This document shows, piece by piece, positions 59,682 to 64,000 of a DNA stretch of 64,000 nucleotides. Location of the stretch: contig OZ241875.1 of the NCBI GenBank assembly GCA_965203325.1, forward strand, positions 1,952,001 to 2,016,000, read 5' to 3'. Below the pieces are notes generated by a model, which was not told where the DNA came from, did no database searches, and saw nothing but the letters and a program-made list of their open reading frames with translations. Position numbers and translations under genes: made by a program. This stretch comes from a bacterium. Lineage in GTDB: Bacteria > UBA8248. How positions within the stretch are numbered: position 1 is the stretch's first letter; every line of letters begins with the position of its first letter.

Positions 59682-60938
59682 CTAATTCCCGCAATTCTTG
59701 CACGGGGGATAATCCCTGCTGTAGGGCGGCTTCTTCATGAACTCATCCGGCTTGTAGTTCCAGAACTGGCTTACGTTCGGGATGACCGCGAGAACCTTGT
59801 TTCTCTTCTTGCCGGTCTCGTCCTTCATCACCATGCGGACGTAGACGTTCATCTTGAACGTCCCGTGGCCGTCGGACGCCCTCGGCCCCGCCGGCATGCC
59901 GGCGGCCACCTTCAGGTTCCTGAGCACGGCGAAGAATTTGTCCTTGTCCTCCACGTTGCCGTTCACGGCCTCTATCGCCTTGTAGATAGACACCAATCCG
60001 CCGTAATACCCTTCGGCGTAGTAGCCGGGGTCTTTCTTGGCGTGTTTCACGAACGACTTGACGAAGTCCTGGTTGTCCTTCGTTTGAATGTCGGCGCTGT
60101 AGATCAGGGCCGATATCCAGCCGAGCACTTCATCGCCCTGCGCGTCGAGGACGAATTCGTCCGTGTTCGTCCCGTTGCCCAGGATCACGTACTTGTTCGC
60201 CAGGCCCGCCTCTTTCAACTGTTTGGGCAGCCGAAGGGCCTGCGCCCCCGCCAGCGTGATGAACAGGGCGTCGGCGTCTTTTTTCAGCTTGCCGATATAG
60301 GGTCCGTAATCCACCGTGTTGATGGGCATGTACATCTTCTGGATCACCTTGCCGCCCATGTCCTCGAACACCTGCTGGAAGCCGCCCGTCGACTCGTAGC
60401 CGAACGCGTAGTCGGGCCCGATGGTGATCACCTTCTTGATGTTCGGCATCGAAGTCCGCACCCAGTGGGCGAACGCGTGCATGGGCTGGCTGCAGGAGAA
60501 ATACGTGACCGCGTATTTCTTGCGCTTTCGCTTGGAGATGTCGTCGGGGCACGACCAGATGAGGATCGGGGTCTTGTAGCGGTCGGCCAGCGGCGCAATC
60601 GCGTAGCCGGTCGAGCCGAAAAGCCCGCCCATCACGATGTGCACCTTGTCCCGCGTGAGGAGCTTCCGCACCCGGGTCACGGCCAGGGCCACCTTGCTCT
60701 CGTTGTCCTCGATGAAGAATTTCACATCGCGGCCGGCGACCTTGTCCCCGAACTTCTCGCGGAACACCTTGAGGGCGTTCATCTGGTCCGAGCCGTGCTT
60801 GGCGAGAACACCCTTCTTGGAGGTGAGCAGCCCGATTTTGATGGGCCCCTTCGCCGCGAGCACCGGCCCCGCGGCGAGGAGCGCAGCGAGTGCAAATGCG
60901 AGGGGAACGACGAGAAAAACGATGCGTTTTCGAATCAT
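59682..60938 (-). CDS. ABC transporter substrate-binding protein (Liv/HAAT family)
   Basis: Signal peptide; PIKIGLL; DYAFGYE; periplasmic binding protein type I pattern. Confidence 0.9.
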   Translation of the reverse strand: MIRKRIVFLVVPLAFALAALLAAGPVLAAKGPIKIGLLTSKKGVLAKHGSDQMNALKVFREKFGDKVAGRDVKFFIEDNESKVALAVTRVRKLLTRDKVHIVMGGLFGSTGYAIAPLADRYKTPILIWSCPDDISKRKRKKYAVTYFSCSQPMHAFAHWVRTSMPNIKKVITIGPDYAFGYESTGGFQQVFEDMGGKVIQKMYMPINTVDYGPYIGKLKKDADALFITLAGAQALRLPKQLKEAGLANKYVILGNGTNTDEFVLDAQGDEVLGWISALIYSADIQTKDNQDFVKSFVKHAKKDPGYYAEGYYGGLVSIYKAIEAVNGNVEDKDKFFAVLRNLKVAAGMPAGPRASDGHGTFKMNVYVRMVMKDETGKKRNKVLAVIPNVSQFWNYKPDEFMKKPPYSRDYPPCKNCGN

Positions 60939-60978
60939 GGAAATTCCTCCTCTTATAGACGACCCTGAAATGGGCCGA

Positions 60979-61932
60979 TCATTCGTTGTTCGCTTCTTGA
61001 GCCTTCGTTCTCAGTTGCTTGATGAAGCCCATGATGCCCTCGGGCGCGAAAAGAACCACCACGATGTAGATGCAGCCTACGACGGTCAGCGAGCGTTCGG
61101 TGAACATGTTCACGGAGTTGTCGAGAATGACGAATATGGCCGAGCCCAGGAGGGGCCCGGCCAGCGTTCCCGGTCCGCCCAGAGAGACCATCAGCAGGGC
61201 GTTGAACGAGGTTACCAGTTCGACGTCGGTCGGAGCGACGTAGCTGTTGTAGTAGACCCATAGAAAACCGGCGAGGCCGCTGAAAAGGCCCGAGATCATG
61301 TAGATGATGAACTTGTGGAGCCATACGTTGTAGCCCAGGGCGCGCATGCGCGATTCGCTCTCGCGGATCCCCACCATCGTCTTCCCGAAACACGAGTGAA
61401 CGAGAACGGAGAAGAACAGGAAGACGCCCGCTGCCACGATGAGGGTGAAATAGTAGTAGGTGATCGTATCTTCCATGAATAATGGGCGGTCTATCCCTGC
61501 GATGCCGTTTTCCCCGCCGGTCATTGAGTCCCAGCGATAGGCGAGTCCCCAGATGAGCATGGCCAGGGCGAACGTGATCATCAGGAAATACACGTCCGAC
61601 GCCCGCAGCGCGACGACCGCGCAGATGGCCGTTACCACTGCTGCGGCGATGATCGCGACGACGAACGCCTCACCGAACGAAGCGCCGTAGGTCGCCGACA
61701 TGATGGCCGTCGCATAGGCGCCCGTGCCGAAATAGGCCGCGTGGCCCAGTGAGGCCATGCCGGTGTAGCCGAGCATCAAGTCAAGGCTCAGGGCGAGGAT
61801 GCCCCAGATCAGGCACTGATTCAGGACGAGCACGGAGAACTCATCCACGAACAGCGGCGATACGATTGCAAAAGCCAGGACTGCGGCAATCGCCATCACT
61901 CTGCCGCGGGTGGCCAGAAGCTCCCCCCTCAC
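60979..61932 (-). CDS. livM: HAAT ABC transporter permease (LivM-like)
   Basis: GYTGMASLGHAAYFGTGAY, YFLMIT, TGGENG, LGGPGT..GP. Confidence 0.92.
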   Translation of the reverse strand: MRGELLATRGRVMAIAAVLAFAIVSPLFVDEFSVLVLNQCLIWGILALSLDLMLGYTGMASLGHAAYFGTGAYATAIMSATYGASFGEAFVVAIIAAAVVTAICAVVALRASDVYFLMITFALAMLIWGLAYRWDSMTGGENGIAGIDRPLFMEDTITYYYFTLIVAAGVFLFFSVLVHSCFGKTMVGIRESESRMRALGYNVWLHKFIIYMISGLFSGLAGFLWVYYNSYVAPTDVELVTSFNALLMVSLGGPGTLAGPLLGSAIFVILDNSVNMFTERSLTVVGCIYIVVVLFAPEGIMGFIKQLRTKAQEANNE

Positions 61933-62792
61933 ATCGCTCTCCCGAACAGCCCGGAGGGACGAATGGCGAGAATGACGGCCATCGGCAGGAACAGGGTGAA
62001 ATACGCGAATTCGGGAAAGAAGGTTTTGCCCAAATTGTCGATGATGCCGACGAGCAGGCTGGCGACGACCGCGCCTTTGAGGCTGCCCATCCCGCCCACG
62101 ATGATCGCCACGAAGGCGAAGGGGAGTATCTCGAAGTCAAGCCCCGCCTGAATGCCGAGCCACGGAGCCGCCAGAACGCCGCTCATCCCCGCCAGGAACG
62201 AGCCGAGTCCGAATACGAGGCTGAACACGACGGGCACGTTCACCCCCATCCCGCCCGCCATCTCCACGTCGTCGACGGCGGCTCTCACCGAGGAGCCGAC
62301 TTTGGTCCTGCTCTCGAAGAACCACAGCGCCGCCGCCGTTACCGCGGCGAATACGATGAGGAACAACCTGTACATCGGAAAGGAGAACCCCCCGATCCGT
62401 CCCGTGCTGGCCAGGAACTTCGGCGCATCCATGCTGACCGGATCAGGCCCCCAAATGACGAGAATCGCGTCCTGAAGAACGAGAACGAAACCCATGGTGA
62501 TGAGCACCTGGCCCAAATCGTTTCCCTGAAGGCGGCGCAAGAAGACGCGCTCGATCACGATGCCCATAATGGCGATCGCGATTCCGCCGATCAGGATGGC
62601 GAGGAAAAAATTTCCCGTCTGCTTGAGGGTCGTGAGCCCGAAGTATGCGCCCACGAGGAAGTAGGTTCCGTGCGTGACGTTGATAACCTTCATGACGCCG
62701 AATATCAGGGAGAGGCCCATGGCCAGCAGGAAGACGATGGCGCCGTAGGAGATGCCGTTGAATATCTGGGTGAGCCAGAAGGTCATACGCAT
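61929..62792 (-). CDS. livH: HAAT ABC transporter permease (LivH-like)
   Basis: GLSLIFGVMKVINVTHG, RAAVDD, IVGGMGS..GA. Confidence 0.92.
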   Translation of the reverse strand: MRMTFWLTQIFNGISYGAIVFLLAMGLSLIFGVMKVINVTHGTYFLVGAYFGLTTLKQTGNFFLAILIGGIAIAIMGIVIERVFLRRLQGNDLGQVLITMGFVLVLQDAILVIWGPDPVSMDAPKFLASTGRIGGFSFPMYRLFLIVFAAVTAAALWFFESRTKVGSSVRAAVDDVEMAGGMGVNVPVVFSLVFGLGSFLAGMSGVLAAPWLGIQAGLDFEILPFAFVAIIVGGMGSLKGAVVASLLVGIIDNLGKTFFPEFAYFTLFLPMAVILAIRPSGLFGRAM

Positions 62793-62935
62793 GCCCCCAG
62801 CGAAAGGGGTTCGGCGCGATGGAAGGAGGGACTGCGCCGGCAGTCAAAAATGCTGCATTTCTCCTTCCAGGGAAAGAGGATGATATATGGTATGAAATGT
62901 ATGCCCTGAACTATATCATAATCGTGTTAAAATGC

Positions 62936-62959
62936 AATGGTATGACCTTCAATACCATT
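62936..62959. promoter_or_regulatory. Palindromic operator candidate between the divergent liv and amidase genes
   Basis: AATGGTAT-N8-ATACCATT; a further TGGTATG at ~62888. Confidence 0.35.
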
Positions 62960-63087
62960 TGCGGAAAATCAGGAACCTCGCGCCGGCTCGTGCGCACCGG
63001 GGCGCGGGTCTTCGGGTGAAGGTGGTTTTTTGACAGGAGATTTTTTCGTACCCGGGAGACCGGATCGGTTCCCAGGAGGGACACACC

Positions 63088-64000
63088 ATGAGCGCAGATG
63101 ATATCTGGCGGCTCGGGCTTCACGAGATTTCAGAACGAATCGGGGCGGGGGCACTCTCTCCCGTGGAAGTGGTCGAGGCGTTCCTGCGCCGCATCGATTC
63201 CCTCAATCCCACCGTCTTCGGTTTTCTCGAAGTGACGGCGGACGCCGCGCTGGAAGAAGCGAAGCGCGCGCAGGAGGAAATCGCCGCCGGGCGCAGGCTG
63301 GGTCCTCTGCACGGGGTTCCCTACGGGGTCAAGGACATCGTCGACACGGCCGGCGTGCGGACGACGCGCGGGTCGAGTTTCTTCCGCGACAACGTGCCCG
63401 AAGAGGACGCGGAATGCGTCGCCCGCTTGAAGCGCACCGGCGCGATTCTACTGGGAAAATGCCACACGCAGGAGTTCGCCTCAGGGCCGATGAGCGAAAA
63501 CGTCCACTACGGCACGGCGCGCAACCCGTGGGACACCGAGCGCATGACGGGAGGCTCCAGCACGGGGTCGGGCGCATCGGTCGCAGCCGGCCTTTGCCCC
63601 GCCGCCATCGGGACGGACACAGGCAGCTCCATCCGCGGGCCTGCGGCGCTTTGCGGGCTCGTGGGGCTCAAGCCCACCCACGGGCGGGTGAGCCTGCGCG
63701 GCGTGTGCCCCAACTGTCTGAGCTACGATCACGTGGGGCCGATCGCCCGCTCGGCACGTGACGCCGCTTTGTTCTTACAGGGGATGGCGGGCTACGACCC
63801 CGAGGATCCTTACAGCCGCGACGCGCCGGTTCCCGACTTCTCCGCCAAGCTCGATGAGGGTGCGGCGGGCTTAAGGGTGGGTCTTTGCCCCGGTCTTTCG
63901 GGCGGCTTCGAGGCGGACGCGGAGGTCGCGCAAGCCTTCGAGCGCGCCGTCGGCGTACTCCGCGAGTCGGGGGCGAGTGTCAAGACGCTGCCCTTCGACG
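63088..64000 (+). CDS. Amidase signature family protein (3' end outside window)
   Basis: Read manually from ATG 63088 (AGGAGG RBS): LHGVPYGVKD, GGSSTGS, GTDTGSSIRGPAALCG..GLKPT. Confidence 0.92.
   Translation, partial: MSADDIWRLGLHEISERIGAGALSPVEVVEAFLRRIDSLNPTVFGFLEVTADAALEEAKRAQEEIAAGRRLGPLHGVPYGVKDIVDTAGVRTTRGSSFFRDNVPEEDAECVARLKRTGAILLGKCHTQEFASGPMSENVHYGTARNPWDTERMTGGSSTGSGASVAAGLCPAAIGTDTGSSIRGPAALCGLVGLKPTHGRVSLRGVCPNCLSYDHVGPIARSARDAALFLQGMAGYDPEDPYSRDAPVPDFSAKLDEGAAGLRVGLCPGLSGGFEADAEVAQAFERAVGVLRESGASVKTLPFD

Overview
GC-rich bacterial chromosomal window. Host DNA on the left carries three tandem SulP/STAS anion-transporter paralogues separated by REP-like repeat cassettes. Host DNA on the right carries an MFS transporter, a TauD dioxygenase, citrate synthase, YjbQ, TctBAC, a cupin, an EthD-like protein, an AhpD/CMD protein with an in-frame TGA, a Liv-type ABC transporter and an amidase. 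Between them lies a ~42 kb integrative mobilizable element (~5462-47358), bounded by a 10-bp direct repeat (GACGAGCAAA) and apparently inserted inside a REP cassette. The element encodes tandem tyrosine integrases, a TraD coupling protein and a MOBF relaxase, but no mating-pair (T4SS) genes. It also has an F-plasmid-like nic site at ~32394-32415 and a leading region with a candidate ssDNA (Frpo-like) promoter. Cargo includes several defence-type genes (REase, REase-NACHT, DAC, SLATT-like, IrrE-like pair), IS and integrase remnants, and a two-gene adhesin/autotransporter operon. The most striking signals are: (i) a candidate invertible promoter between lox-like inverted sites upstream of the adhesin operon; (ii) a cadherin-like domain split between the two adhesin genes, suggesting donor-strand complementation; (iii) a CxxU selenoprotein with a SECIS-like hairpin. 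All product calls come from motif recognition by eye; no database searches were run.
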